Positions 1-9,735 of a stretch of DNA of 64,000 nucleotides are shown here, piece after piece. Numbering within the stretch: the stretch's first letter is position 1; each line of letters begins with the position of its first letter. This DNA comes from Candidatus Aenigmatarchaeota archaeon (GTDB lineage Archaea > Aenigmatarchaeota > Aenigmatarchaeia > JACPZZ01): NCBI GenBank assembly GCA_016202815.1, contig JACQNZ010000004.1, positions 57,522 to 121,521 of the forward strand, in the 5' to 3' direction. The translations under genes and the position numbers were made by a program. Below the pieces are notes generated by a model. The model was not told the origin of the DNA. It saw nothing but the letters and a program-made list of their open reading frames with translations, and did not search any database.

Positions 1-1739
1 GGATTTAATGGCATGAAAAACTCTTGTATCTTTCTCACGCAATGAGGTGAAACAGCCATGCTATCAGTATCGCAAAAGGCGTAGGTCTCGTTATCTTTGG
101 ATAATATCGTTTCTGTTATAGCAAGTATCAATCTAGATGCAGAAGTTATTAGGGTCGCTATTATCGGATTGTAAGCAAATCCAATCCTTTCTATACTATT
201 GACATGAATATCGAATGATTCTAGTCCATGTATGGTTACATCTGCTTCTTCATCCGAAGGATTGGTTTCTATGAATATACCATAACTAGTAGAATTTGCT
301 ATGATTTTTAGTATCTTCTTCCGTTTCTCATCGCTTCTGTTCCTTTCCTCTATCAATACTTTGAAAAGGTCGTCTTCGTATGGATCTATCTCCATCCCTA
401 GAATATTGGCTTTGTTCATGCCTTTCTGTTTTTCTTTAGAAAGAAATTTGAAAGCTTTGATTATTGTCGGTGTCTTGCCAGTAAGAATCTTGGAAGCTAT
501 AACATCCGATAATGCATAATAAAGCGGTTTCTTGAAAGTTGCATAATTCAAGCCTATATTGTAGGCTTCCTTTTCTCCATATTTCATTCTAATCGGAAGT
601 ATGTCATTATTCGGAAGGATTTGGACTATGCGATTAAGATTCTTCCAAGTATCCCTATCTCTCAGTTTTTCTAACGTGATGTCATTTACGAATTCTCTTG
701 CTTTTTCTGTATCGTCTATAACTTCAATCTGTTCTGATGTGATCAAATCCCATAGATTCTGAAGTATGCATACACTGGGGTACATGCTTAGGAAGTCAAT
801 TAGGGTAACTTTTGTTGGTTCTTCTCTGATCTTTACTTCGCTTCTACCACCATAGTAAGCGGTCATGACATAACCGAGAATATCCTTTGAAAAGTTGGGA
901 TTCTTTTCGAAGAATGACTTTATTCCGAACTTAGAAAGGCACGCCTTACCTAATGAGGCTGGAGAAAAGACTTTAGTTAAAGGCAAATCCAAACCGTATC
1001 CGGCATACTCTCCTTTCAGTTTTTCGTAGAGTTCATACGTTATTTGGACATCGTTTAAGTTGTATTGCAGATGTTTCTCTGTTATGTTATTGTATTCTGT
1101 CTCAGTCTTTCTATGCTCTGTATTGAAACGTTCACATGCGCTTTTCAATGTCAATTTATCATTAGTAAGCGCAAAACTCAATGTTTTTAGATCCAAGAAA
1201 TTGCCGCTGAAGTTTTTCTTCTTACCATTGTATAGAATTCCTGAAGCAAATTGAATGAATGATAACGTATTGCTAATGTGCTTTATCTTGACTCTGGGTT
1301 GTTTCTTATACCTACTCAGTTGCAACGAGAATCCATTTCTCATGCCTTTTCTCGCATGACCAAATTTGATAGCTAATCTTGAGATATCAAACGGCAAATT
1401 GAATCCAATGCAAGGTGTTTCTAGATAGTAGACTTCCGGATAGAATATGTTCTCTATGAACTCTTCTTTTGTGTACAGGTTTAGGTTATGTTTCTTGCAG
1501 AATATTTGAATTATTTCCTTATCGATTTCTGATATGTTGGGGTCATAAAAGATGCCTTGAATTTCTATTGCGTCTTTATTTCGTATCTGGAAAGATCCGT
1601 AAATTAGATTCTGATAAATATCTGTTGTTGTTTCCGTATCGAATATCAAAACCCTATCGAAGTTAGGAGCATCTCTGATTATCGTTTTATGATTATCCTT
1701 TTTGTAATCCACGTAAGATCTTAGAGCAATTTCACTCAT
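1..1739 (-). CDS. polB: Family B DNA polymerase, compact protein-primed-like type (C-terminus truncated by window edge)
   Basis: Own translation of the minus strand from ATG at 1739 is open to position 1; contains Exo I FDTETTT, Exo II GFNLPFDISRL, Exo III YNLNDV, YGG, motif A LIDFLSMYPSV, motif B KILKIIANSTSYG, motif C AFCDTDSMAV in canonical order. Confidence 0.8.
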   Translation of the reverse strand, partial: MSEIALRSYVDYKKDNHKTIIRDAPNFDRVLIFDTETTTDIYQNLIYGSFQIRNKDAIEIQGIFYDPNISEIDKEIIQIFCKKHNLNLYTKEEFIENIFYPEVYYLETPCIGFNLPFDISRLAIKFGHARKGMRNGFSLQLSRYKKQPRVKIKHISNTLSFIQFASGILYNGKKKNFSGNFLDLKTLSFALTNDKLTLKSACERFNTEHRKTETEYNNITEKHLQYNLNDVQITYELYEKLKGEYAGYGLDLPLTKVFSPASLGKACLSKFGIKSFFEKNPNFSKDILGYVMTAYYGGRSEVKIREEPTKVTLIDFLSMYPSVCILQNLWDLITSEQIEVIDDTEKAREFVNDITLEKLRDRDTWKNLNRIVQILPNNDILPIRMKYGEKEAYNIGLNYATFKKPLYYALSDVIASKILTGKTPTIIKAFKFLSKEKQKGMNKANILGMEIDPYEDDLFKVLIEERNRSDEKRKKILKIIANSTSYGIFIETNPSDEEADVTIHGLESFDIHVNSIERIGFAYNPIIATLITSASRLILAITETILSKDNETYAFCDTDSMAVSPHCVRKIQEFFMPLN

Positions 1740-2091
1740 CGAAAAAACCTCGTTTGTTTAGTCTATCGCTAATGCATCTGAGAAGAGAACCGATTGAAAT
1801 GTCTTCCATTCTCGGATTGTATGCGTTTGATTTCTTTCTAATTTTCAAAGGTAATTTGTTCTGATTATCCGTAACGATTTTGTGGCAATTCTGACAAAGA
1901 CAAACTGTTACTTTGCTGTTATTTCTGCCGAATACATGATGTTTCTGTAGAACTCTGGGATCATTTTCTCTGCAGATAAAGCATGCTCCGCCAGCGTCTA
2001 ATATTTCTCTGATGTTTTCTTCTGATCTTCTGTTTTCGATCAATAACTTCTGGTATCTCTTGAATTGTTCCTTGTCCATTCTAAACACCAT
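1732..2091 (-). CDS. HNH endonuclease
   Basis: CFIC...HH...CLCQNCH pattern typical of HNH nuclease zinc-binding core; overlaps polB start by 8 nt (operonic). Confidence 0.7.
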   Translation of the reverse strand: MVFRMDKEQFKRYQKLLIENRRSEENIREILDAGGACFICRENDPRVLQKHHVFGRNNSKVTVCLCQNCHKIVTDNQNKLPLKIRKKSNAYNPRMEDISIGSLLRCISDRLNKRGFFDE

Positions 2092-2572
2092 AAATATCGT
2101 AGAATTCCTCGTCTTCTCTGGCTTCTGCTATCTCGAAGAGTGTTTTGGGACTGGTTTCGAGTTTGTGTCGCTTGCCTTTAGCGTCCTTTATGACTCTTCG
2201 CTTGAATTTCTTCAGAATTGACTTGTCGCCGGTTTCTAGGTATCTTCTAACAGCACTATGATATTGGCCAATGAGGGATGCATCCTTTGAGTTTGTAACT
2301 ATTATCTCGATTGATAGCCCCCTTTCATTGATGACCATACCCCTCTGAATTCTATCGGTCTTTCTGGACACCCATCTTCGATTTTTAGCCTTCCTTATTG
2401 CTGATCCTAGATGTATCTTTGCGGTTTCTTTATCCAGTCCATACTCCTTTGAGGACTTTGTGAGGGATTTACCGGATCGCATCTCGGTTAGGACTTTCAG
2501 AGAAAGGATGCGGAGATATCTGTCCTTCGGTTTGAGCTTAGACCATTTTAGATTACTCGGTATTTTGACCAT
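2081..2572 (-). CDS. HTH-domain protein (casposon accessory)
   Basis: Basic 163 aa protein with helix-turn-helix-like segment; overlaps HNH gene; AT-rich codon usage like neighbours. Confidence 0.4.
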   Translation of the reverse strand: MVKIPSNLKWSKLKPKDRYLRILSLKVLTEMRSGKSLTKSSKEYGLDKETAKIHLGSAIRKAKNRRWVSRKTDRIQRGMVINERGLSIEIIVTNSKDASLIGQYHSAVRRYLETGDKSILKKFKRRVIKDAKGKRHKLETSPKTLFEIAEAREDEEFYDIYGV

Positions 2573-2647
2573 AGAATAGAAATGGGCAAAATATCATACT
2601 AGGATAGTTCGTAAATTAGATTAAATTTCTAAGAACTAACTTAAAAT

Positions 2648-3502
2648 ATGAACAACAGGAACATACTTCTCACTTTGTTATATCTATGCTCAATAAAACC
2701 ATTTTGTTCTAAGGAAATATCTGATATTCTGTTCGGGCATGAGCGTAATGACCGGAGTATCAAAAAATATCTTTCAAATATGAAAAAGAACGGTCTACTA
2801 AAACTCGTTGATTATCAAAATACAAAATACCCAAAATCTGAGTTCTTTGTCATTAACCTAGAAAGATTTCCTAATTGGGAAAATGACAGAGACAAAATCT
2901 TTGTTCCAGTAGGCGATCCAAACAAGGGTATAACAAGACTGTATATAGAAACGGAAAAAATTCCATTCAAGGAATTATTTGACTTACTTGGAATTTCAAC
3001 AGCCATAGGGTCTGGAAAACTGATAGCCACCATCAAAGGACGTATACCTGACGGTAGGGTAGGGTATTTAAACAGGGCAGTTCAAGAGAATGGTATGGAA
3101 AAACCCATAAACAATCTTAAAGTCGTATTCTACATTCCGCAGGGGTTAGAGGATTCGAAAGAAGTGATAGAAATACTGGAACGTCTTAAAACCCTGAAAC
3201 CTCCCAAATCAATCGGTTTCGAGTATTCTGTTAAAAAAATGAAGAAAGAAGATGAAGAAGAATTGAAGATTAAGGTGCTTATTCCGTTAGCTGTTAATTT
3301 CGGAATAAAGATAAAACAGACTCAAAACACAAAATCCCTATATCCACAGTTGATAACATACAATGGGAACGATTTGTGGACTTTTTACCCTCAACATAGG
3401 AAGGGAGAAGGCGAGATATCAATTATCAACTTCTTGAACGCCCTAGAATCTGGAAAATTCTTGGGGTTACATATAACACAGTATGAAAGGCGATTAGGAT
3501 GA
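2648..3502 (+). CDS. Hypothetical protein, possible N-terminal winged-helix domain
   Basis: 284 aa ORF immediately upstream of and overlapping cas1 start; no recognisable catalytic motif. Confidence 0.35.
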   Translation: MNNRNILLTLLYLCSIKPFCSKEISDILFGHERNDRSIKKYLSNMKKNGLLKLVDYQNTKYPKSEFFVINLERFPNWENDRDKIFVPVGDPNKGITRLYIETEKIPFKELFDLLGISTAIGSGKLIATIKGRIPDGRVGYLNRAVQENGMEKPINNLKVVFYIPQGLEDSKEVIEILERLKTLKPPKSIGFEYSVKKMKKEDEEELKIKVLIPLAVNFGIKIKQTQNTKSLYPQLITYNGNDLWTFYPQHRKGEGEISIINFLNALESGKFLGLHITQYERRLG

Positions 3503-4689
3503 AGCACCTTGTCCTAAGTGGACATGGAATAAACATCAACGTAGATAATAGCAGACTTCATGTCAAAGACGGTAGAAACGACCCAGACACAGAGCCCAAG
3601 AAATACACCTTCAAACCAAAAATGATGGACTTCGATAATGTCATTGTCTATGGTCATAGCGGAAACATAACACTCGAAGCTATGAGATGGCTCGTTAAGC
3701 AGAATGTGCAATTGACGCTGTTGGATTGGAATGGCAACTTGCTAACAAGCGTAATGCCACCGGAATCAAAACAAATCAACTACAGAATGGTTCAATACCA
3801 AGCGTATCAAACTGAAGAAAGAACAAGACTTGCCAAACTTCTCGTAGACGCTAAAATCAAGAGTAGCAAAGTTGTCCTAAGTTGGTTGAAGAGTAAGTAT
3901 CCTCAGATAAGCGATGATATCGAATACCGATACTCGAAACTACCAAGCGCAAATTCTGTAAAATACGTAATGGACGTTGAAGGCAAAGTTGCAATTGTCT
4001 ATTGGAGAGAACTTTCAAAGATATTCAACAAGACTTTTGAATTTGAAACCAGAGGTTATGGAAAGACACCTAGACCATTAGGAGCTGTAGACCCTATCAA
4101 TGTCCTTTTGAACTATGGTTATGCCGTTTTAGAAAGCGTATGTCTCAAAGCGATAAACACCGTGGGATTAGACCCTAAGATAGGATTCTTGCATGAGGCT
4201 CAAACAGGAAAGAACCCACTCGTATACGACTTACAAGAGCCTTTCAGATGGATTATTGATGTCGCTATCCTGAATGGTCTAGAGAAACGATTGTTCAAGA
4301 AGGACGATTTCATACGGACTGAGAACTATAACCTGAGGCTAAGGCCGAGTGGTGCAAAGAAGCTGGTTAGAGAGATAGAGTTGCAGATGAACAAGACTGT
4401 AGATTACAGAGGTTACAACTACAGTTGGGCATATATCATCGGTTTGAAGGCTTTGGAATTGGCGCAGTATTTAGCAGAGAAGAGGAAAACCATCGACTTC
4501 AGTAATCCTTCGCCTGAGTTGGAGATGAAGGATAACGCTGAGTTGAGACAAAAAATACTAGATTTGTCGTCTGCTAAGGCCGAGAAATTGGGGATCGGAC
4601 GAAATGAATTGCACTATCTGAGGAAGAAAGCGAAGTCAGAGAAAGCGTTTAAAATTTATGGAAAAGTAAAAGATAGACTGAGATGTTAA
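3499..4689 (+). CDS. cas1: Cas1-family integrase (casposase)
   Basis: Translation has the Cas1 hallmark block NYGYAVLES...GLDPKIGFLHEAQTGKNPLVYDLQEPFRWIID with conserved E/H/acidic catalytic positions, and a C-terminal HTH-like tail; no CRISPR repeats anywhere in window. Confidence 0.85.
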   Translation: MKHLVLSGHGININVDNSRLHVKDGRNDPDTEPKKYTFKPKMMDFDNVIVYGHSGNITLEAMRWLVKQNVQLTLLDWNGNLLTSVMPPESKQINYRMVQYQAYQTEERTRLAKLLVDAKIKSSKVVLSWLKSKYPQISDDIEYRYSKLPSANSVKYVMDVEGKVAIVYWRELSKIFNKTFEFETRGYGKTPRPLGAVDPINVLLNYGYAVLESVCLKAINTVGLDPKIGFLHEAQTGKNPLVYDLQEPFRWIIDVAILNGLEKRLFKKDDFIRTENYNLRLRPSGAKKLVREIELQMNKTVDYRGYNYSWAYIIGLKALELAQYLAEKRKTIDFSNPSPELEMKDNAELRQKILDLSSAKAEKLGIGRNELHYLRKKAKSEKAFKIYGKVKDRLRC

Positions 4690-4690
4690 A

Positions 4691-5314
4691 ATGGGTTATA
4701 AGACGAAAAAGATCATACTGAAAATGAATGGTAAGCACCTCAAAGGTATGTATGTAGAAAGGAGCAAAAAATGTATGGTCTTAGAAATTCCCGGAACTAG
4801 TATACATTCAACTTTCCCTTTGGTTAGTAAGGACTATCATTGGACACCTGTTGTAGAATTATCAGAAGAAGAAGCAGAAATTGTTGGAAAGTGTTTAAAA
4901 CAAGATAAAAATTTTAGATATACATTGAAAGATGGAAAATTGAGAATATACCCAAAAATTAGTACAGACAACTTCGATGTTTTTGGAGTCCATTTGGGCA
5001 CATTTGCAGGATTTATGAAAGAGTGCAGTACACTCAAAAAAGATTATGAGATTATAGACTTGGACGCTCTTGGATGTAAAATTCCTAATATCTGGGTTAC
5101 AATCCGTCCTCAAACAGAAAAAAAATTATACATGCCGGATATGCCATACATACTGAAAACTTTGCGAATAGACTATCCAGATGTTATAGTAATTCTGGAG
5201 TTTATCGACGCAACTAAACATGCTGAATGCGTCAAACAAAGTGATAACAGCTCTTTTGGAAAGACTAAACTCATTGAGAAAACAGAGAAGTACTATGGAG
5301 ATGTGTCTAGATGA
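4691..5314 (+). CDS. Hypothetical protein
   Basis: 207 aa ORF 2 nt after cas1 stop, same AT-rich composition. Confidence 0.4.
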   Translation: MGYKTKKIILKMNGKHLKGMYVERSKKCMVLEIPGTSIHSTFPLVSKDYHWTPVVELSEEEAEIVGKCLKQDKNFRYTLKDGKLRIYPKISTDNFDVFGVHLGTFAGFMKECSTLKKDYEIIDLDALGCKIPNIWVTIRPQTEKKLYMPDMPYILKTLRIDYPDVIVILEFIDATKHAECVKQSDNSSFGKTKLIEKTEKYYGDVSR

Positions 5315-5877
5315 AAGGAGAACGATTAACGATAAAATTAACAATTATTGGATTACTACTCGCTATGATCTTTGGTATATCAACTTTTTATGGAGATAAA
5401 AGACTTCCCGTTGGATTCGATCTATTTTTAGCGGTCTTGTCTAAATCTATGATACCTATTTCGTCATTGTTTTTCATTTACATTGTTGGGTTGGCTGGGG
5501 ATTATAAAAACTATTCCTATAAACGTGGTTATCGTTGGTATAACGCATTTTATGATCTGGGTGTAGTATTATCGACATTTACTGTCGCATTTTCAGCGTT
5601 AATAACATTTGTACTGTACGTTTCGGGAGAATTAAATAGTATACCCTTGTTCATAGCTGGGCTTTTTGCAACAGTATTAGTAGTGTTCTATCTGATCAGA
5701 AATGATTTAAGACGTTCTATTTTAGATTTGTCAAAAATTACACTAGATCTAATTAATCATATATCTTCGGTAGTCATGAAATCGAAGAAAGTGGCTGTTC
5801 AAAGGGTTAAGGCTGACGTGAAAAAACGTTCAAGATCTAGAAAAAAATATACGCCTAAGCGGCTGAAAAAACCTTAA
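5311..5877 (+). CDS. Hypothetical membrane protein
   Basis: Multiple hydrophobic helices, basic C-terminal tail; overlaps previous ORF by 4 nt. Confidence 0.4.
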   Translation: MKGERLTIKLTIIGLLLAMIFGISTFYGDKRLPVGFDLFLAVLSKSMIPISSLFFIYIVGLAGDYKNYSYKRGYRWYNAFYDLGVVLSTFTVAFSALITFVLYVSGELNSIPLFIAGLFATVLVVFYLIRNDLRRSILDLSKITLDLINHISSVVMKSKKVAVQRVKADVKKRSRSRKKYTPKRLKKP

Positions 5878-5884
5878 ATTTGAT

Positions 5885-6472
5885 TCATGAACTCCGTTTT
5901 TTATTATTCGAAGTCAGTATTTTGAGATCTGTTCTATATTCCAAAAAGTTTAGTATAGCCATAATTATCAGCACCCAAAACATTATAGAAACGGTTGAAA
6001 AAACCATCCAAATAAAAAACCAATAAAGACCTATGAACATAGATAAAATACCGTATCTAAAAAGCCTTTTTTGCATCAAATAATAGAAACGTTTTATACC
6101 GGAAAATACATGTAACTTGTAAGAAATTAGTAAAAGAGAAATTGAAAACACCCACGCGAAAGATATGTCCACAATTGTTTTTTGATAGGGTTGTGCGCTC
6201 AAAGTCAGAATTATTGATAGCGAAGTTAGCACAAGACCACCAAATGTAAGTGAGTCGCTCGATAATTTCTCAATTTCATCTATGATGCTGTGTTGTTTAT
6301 CTTCAATCTCATCTTTTCTAAAACCAGAGTCCAAGATTTTTTTACCTATTAACTTCGAATCTGCTAAGGTTTCTATCAAGATACAAACAGCAAGACCAAC
6401 AACCGTTATTATTCCCAGATTGCTACTAACAAGACCGAATAAATAGTCTATCACTTTCCACAACTCTGGCAT
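5885..6472 (-). CDS. Hypothetical membrane protein
   Basis: 195 aa ORF with several hydrophobic segments; last gene before the tRNA. Confidence 0.4.
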   Translation of the reverse strand: MPELWKVIDYLFGLVSSNLGIITVVGLAVCILIETLADSKLIGKKILDSGFRKDEIEDKQHSIIDEIEKLSSDSLTFGGLVLTSLSIILTLSAQPYQKTIVDISFAWVFSISLLLISYKLHVFSGIKRFYYLMQKRLFRYGILSMFIGLYWFFIWMVFSTVSIMFWVLIIMAILNFLEYRTDLKILTSNNKKRSS

Positions 6473-6638
6473 TTACCATAAGAATTTTTTATTGCTTGGC
6501 AATATGGACATGTTAAATATTTTTTGACTTCTATCTCGGGTTCTCCCATAAATAATCTTTTCGTATTTTGATTGATAAGTATTACATCATCCCACTTTTG
6601 TCCAATTTCTGGGAGATATCTATATCCCATAAATTTAT

Positions 6639-6766
6639 TGGGGAAACCGTGATTTGAACACGGGTCACCGACTATCTCTAAGCTTTTCTTTCCCTCAAGG
6701 CTTTCTTTCTTGAAAAGAAAGGCTTGCCCGAAGCCGGTATCTTAGACCAGGCTGGACCATTTCCCC
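6639..6766 (-). tRNA. tRNA-Pro (anticodon CGG) candidate with about 53 nt intron after position 37
   Basis: Hand fold: acceptor GGGGAAA/TTTCCCC, D-loop AGCCTGGTCTA consensus, anticodon stem CCGGC/GTCGG with loop TTCGGG, T-arm CCGTG-TTCAAAT-CACGG, discriminator A; D-stem weak (3 bp); intron contains a 12 bp hairpin; CCA not encoded. Confidence 0.55.
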
Positions 6767-6880
6767 CTTCTTACAGGCACACACCAATATTATGCGCCAA
6801 TCGTTATAACACTCTTTCTTTTATTATGGCCATCATCTTTTAAAATAGGCTTTTATTACGGCTCCGAATTAAGTTAAATA

Positions 6881-7759
6881 ATGCGAGGTACCAGAAACAT
6901 TGTTCCGGCGCTAACAGCCTTTTTATTAGTTTTACCCATGGCGATTTCGCCTGCTCTGGCAACGGGTTACGATGTGCAGAAGGTCGATATTTCATTCGAC
7001 GTAGGCTCTGATAATTCAGTTAAGCAAACGACCAGATTCTATTTTTCAAGTCCTGTGACGGACGGTTCGATAAATTACACGCTAAACGAGCCTGTCAAAA
7101 ACATAGTGGTTTATGGTGGCAATAAACAGTTGGATAGTAAATTGGACGGTGAGGGGGACAATTATAACTTGCAGATATTTTTGGACGGACCGGTTGAGAC
7201 ATTGTTAATAACCTATTCTGCCAGCGGTATAGTGTTCCACAGCGGTTCGGTGAACCATTTATTCACACAGTTTTCCTTTGAAAAGGAGATACCGATCGTG
7301 AACTCGCAACTAAAATTGCCGACAGGCTACGAAGTCTACCAGAATTCGTACAATCCCGCCGACGGCACGATAACATCGGACGGCAAAAGTATAATCTTGG
7401 CGTGGAATGAAAGCAACGTAAGCGGTTCTATACTATTCTCGGTAAAGTACGTCAATCCGGATAAAGGTTTTATTTTTTTGGTTGCTTTTGCCTTTTTGGC
7501 CACAGGAATCGTTGCGTTTCTCTATTTCCATTTCAGGAAGAAGACAGCAGAAGCGTTTTTAAAAGGTTTCCGGGAAGACGAAAAGAAAACCATCCTGTAC
7601 CTCAGGGGCAAGCAAACCGCCTTGCAAAGGGATTTGCAGGCCGAGTTCGGCTTTTCGAGAGCCAAGTCCACAAGAATAATCTACGAGTTGGAGAAGAAGG
7701 GCCTTGTCAGGAAACAAAGGCACGGGCGGACCAACAAGTTATTTTGGCTAAATAAATGA
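6881..7759 (+). CDS. Membrane-anchored protein with C-terminal winged-helix DNA-binding domain
   Basis: Signal peptide-like N-terminus, extracytoplasmic domain, one TM helix, then basic wHTH-like tail (ILYLRGKQTALQRDLQAEFGFSRAKSTRIIYELEKKGLV). Confidence 0.5.
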   Translation: MRGTRNIVPALTAFLLVLPMAISPALATGYDVQKVDISFDVGSDNSVKQTTRFYFSSPVTDGSINYTLNEPVKNIVVYGGNKQLDSKLDGEGDNYNLQIFLDGPVETLLITYSASGIVFHSGSVNHLFTQFSFEKEIPIVNSQLKLPTGYEVYQNSYNPADGTITSDGKSIILAWNESNVSGSILFSVKYVNPDKGFIFLVAFAFLATGIVAFLYFHFRKKTAEAFLKGFREDEKKTILYLRGKQTALQRDLQAEFGFSRAKSTRIIYELEKKGLVRKQRHGRTNKLFWLNK

Positions 7760-7814
7760 CTGTTTCACGACTGTTTCAACACCCAGATTAGGATCTGAAA
7801 CGGACAATAAACCG

Positions 7815-8639
7815 ATGTCAAGAAAAGCGCAGGAGACGCTTTTTTATGACGGAGGTGGGAGCATGAAGTCGTGGATGGCAGGAATGCTGGTGGCGCTGGT
7901 AATGACAGCGCCATTAGCAGCGGGGCAGGGCATAAATACGTCTGCAAGTACGGACGTAAGGGCCGTGAACACATTGAGCCTCGGCCTGAGGCAGGTAGGC
8001 GAGTCGTTTAGCGACTTTGTCTTTCGTATAAAAGCAATTTTAACATTTGACGAAAGGGCAAGGCTGGATCTGCTAAAGGCCAGAAACGAGGAAATGAAAT
8101 CCAGGCAACACGCCTGGTTGAAAATAAAAAGCGATATGCTTGCACAGGTAAAGGCAGGCAACTTGACAGCCGAAGAAAAGCAGCAGGTAATGAAACAGGT
8201 AAAAGCCGAGCACGAGGCAATAATCAGGGAGCATTTCGGGCTGACAGCTGATATGAGAAAAATCCAGCTGAAGGCAAAAGCGCATGGAAGAACCGAGTTG
8301 GAGAGATCAGCCGAAGAGGAAGCGGATGAGGCTGAGGAATCGGATGTCTCCCTTGGGCTGAACATAGGTGCGGAGCTTAGTATCGGAGTGAGTGAAAACG
8401 TGACGGCGGACCAGGCTAAAACTCTAGTAGGAGAGAAGCTTGGTTTTGAAACAGCCGACGTTAGGACGGAGACAAGAAACGGCACTACATTTTACGTGGT
8501 GTCAGGAACAGAGACGAGCGCAGCCGGAAACTACACGCTGAAAAAAGGTTTTGAGGCGTGGGTCAGAGCCGACACGGGAATGATACATTCCTTGGGTATG
8601 GACGCCCGGTTGGACAGCGCAGTAGGAGTCAGCGTATAG
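7815..8639 (+). CDS. Secreted coiled-coil protein, hypothetical
   Basis: Signal peptide-like MKSWMAGMLVALVMTAPLAAG then charged helical repeats; true start may be the internal Met. Confidence 0.45.
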   Translation: MSRKAQETLFYDGGGSMKSWMAGMLVALVMTAPLAAGQGINTSASTDVRAVNTLSLGLRQVGESFSDFVFRIKAILTFDERARLDLLKARNEEMKSRQHAWLKIKSDMLAQVKAGNLTAEEKQQVMKQVKAEHEAIIREHFGLTADMRKIQLKAKAHGRTELERSAEEEADEAEESDVSLGLNIGAELSIGVSENVTADQAKTLVGEKLGFETADVRTETRNGTTFYVVSGTETSAAGNYTLKKGFEAWVRADTGMIHSLGMDARLDSAVGVSV

Positions 8640-8766
8640 AAAACTGCAATAGCACCCCAATAAGGTGGGCCGGCGGGACCAGAGCCAGCAGCCATAGGTT
8701 AAATTTCCGCCGGCCCATTAATTTATCAAATTAAAGGATAGGTTTGCTAATAAATTATCAAAGCAG

Positions 8767-9669
8767 ATGTGGATTGAGATGAGAAAAAATTTAATTATGC
8801 TTGTGCAGATGGTTATGCTTGCAGTATTAACCAGTCCCGTTTCCGCGCAGATCGCATCGCAATCCTTTGTTCACGTAGACTTCGCGGACGACAATTTGAC
8901 TGACGCGAAATTGGAAGTCGCGGAAACCACATTTTCGGAACCCGGGTTGTTGCCAAACCATCCGCTGTACCCTTTGAAGAGGGGTTTTGAGAATATCCGG
9001 CTTCTGTTAACGTTTGGCAACGAGAAAAAGGCCGAACTCCACCAGGAGTTTGCAAAAACCAGACTTGCAGAAGTCAAAAAACTGGTCGAAGAAAATAATA
9101 CCTTTGATGTCAAGAGGTCGTTGGACGAATTTGACAGGGAGTTGAACGATTCTGAAAACCTTTACGTTAAAATTAGGAAAAACAATTCAGTTACGACAAA
9201 AGCCAGGGAAGATTTCATGATCCAAAGTAACCTGGTTCTTGGTTCTGTATTAAAGAAAGTTCCCGAGCAATCCAAACCTTCGATAGAAAAAGTGTTAAAC
9301 AGATCCGGTGAAAGGAAATTGAACATAAAATTCAGGCCGGCCAACAGCGAGAACACAGAAAACCGCACGGAGAACGAAGAGACTGTCAAGGAAAAGACCG
9401 GGACGGAAAAGAATAAGCCCGAGGCTGTGAAAAAGAAAACCGAGAGATCGGAAGTATGCATACAGGTCATTACACCTGCGATAAGTCCTAGCGGGGAGTG
9501 CAAGGAATTCCCGACGCCTTGTGATGTTCCGAGAGGGTGGAAAAAAGTAAGCGCATGTGAACCGGATACAACGCAGAAAAAACCGGAAAAGTCGGGCGAG
9601 TCCACGATGAAAAGTCCCTTGGATGTTCCTTCTAAGGTTCCGGGTGTAAAGAAAATTATCGGCCTTTAA
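8767..9669 (+). CDS. Secreted protein, hypothetical
   Basis: N-terminal signal peptide, charged middle, Cys pairs near C-terminus. Confidence 0.45.
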   Translation: MWIEMRKNLIMLVQMVMLAVLTSPVSAQIASQSFVHVDFADDNLTDAKLEVAETTFSEPGLLPNHPLYPLKRGFENIRLLLTFGNEKKAELHQEFAKTRLAEVKKLVEENNTFDVKRSLDEFDRELNDSENLYVKIRKNNSVTTKAREDFMIQSNLVLGSVLKKVPEQSKPSIEKVLNRSGERKLNIKFRPANSENTENRTENEETVKEKTGTEKNKPEAVKKKTERSEVCIQVITPAISPSGECKEFPTPCDVPRGWKKVSACEPDTTQKKPEKSGESTMKSPLDVPSKVPGVKKIIGL

Positions 9670-9735
9670 GCAGATTTTCCCAAAATTTCAACCATCAATG
9701 TTAAATCCCCGCCTGCGCAATCAAATCTGGTAAAA

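Larger units (their letters stand above)
1..6638. mobile_element. Casposon-like self-synthesizing transposon (partial; left end outside window)
   Basis: Cas1 casposase + family B polymerase + HNH + HTH genes in an AT-rich block that abuts the 3' end of a tRNA candidate; right boundary inferred from composition shift and tRNA end; TIR/TSD cannot be verified because the left end is off-window. Confidence 0.65.

Noticed and set aside
301-1666. Plus-strand ORFs 301-519, 1060-1254, 1469-1666
   Set aside because: They lie inside the long minus-strand polymerase reading frame, which carries all conserved PolB motifs; they are shadow ORFs.
3499-4689. Cas1 as part of a CRISPR-Cas adaptation module
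   Set aside because: No regularly spaced direct repeats and no cas2 or effector genes were found in the window; the Cas1 neighbours are a polymerase, HNH nuclease and HTH proteins, which fits a casposase.
7844-8485. Long antisense ORFs inside coding genes (for example 7844-8485, 9162-9605, 30108-30638, 40214-40829, 43546-44163, 45709-46158, 61458-62141)
   Set aside because: Each overlaps a gene with clear homology signal on the other strand and has low-complexity, Ser/Ala/Cys/Arg-rich translations typical of shadow frames.
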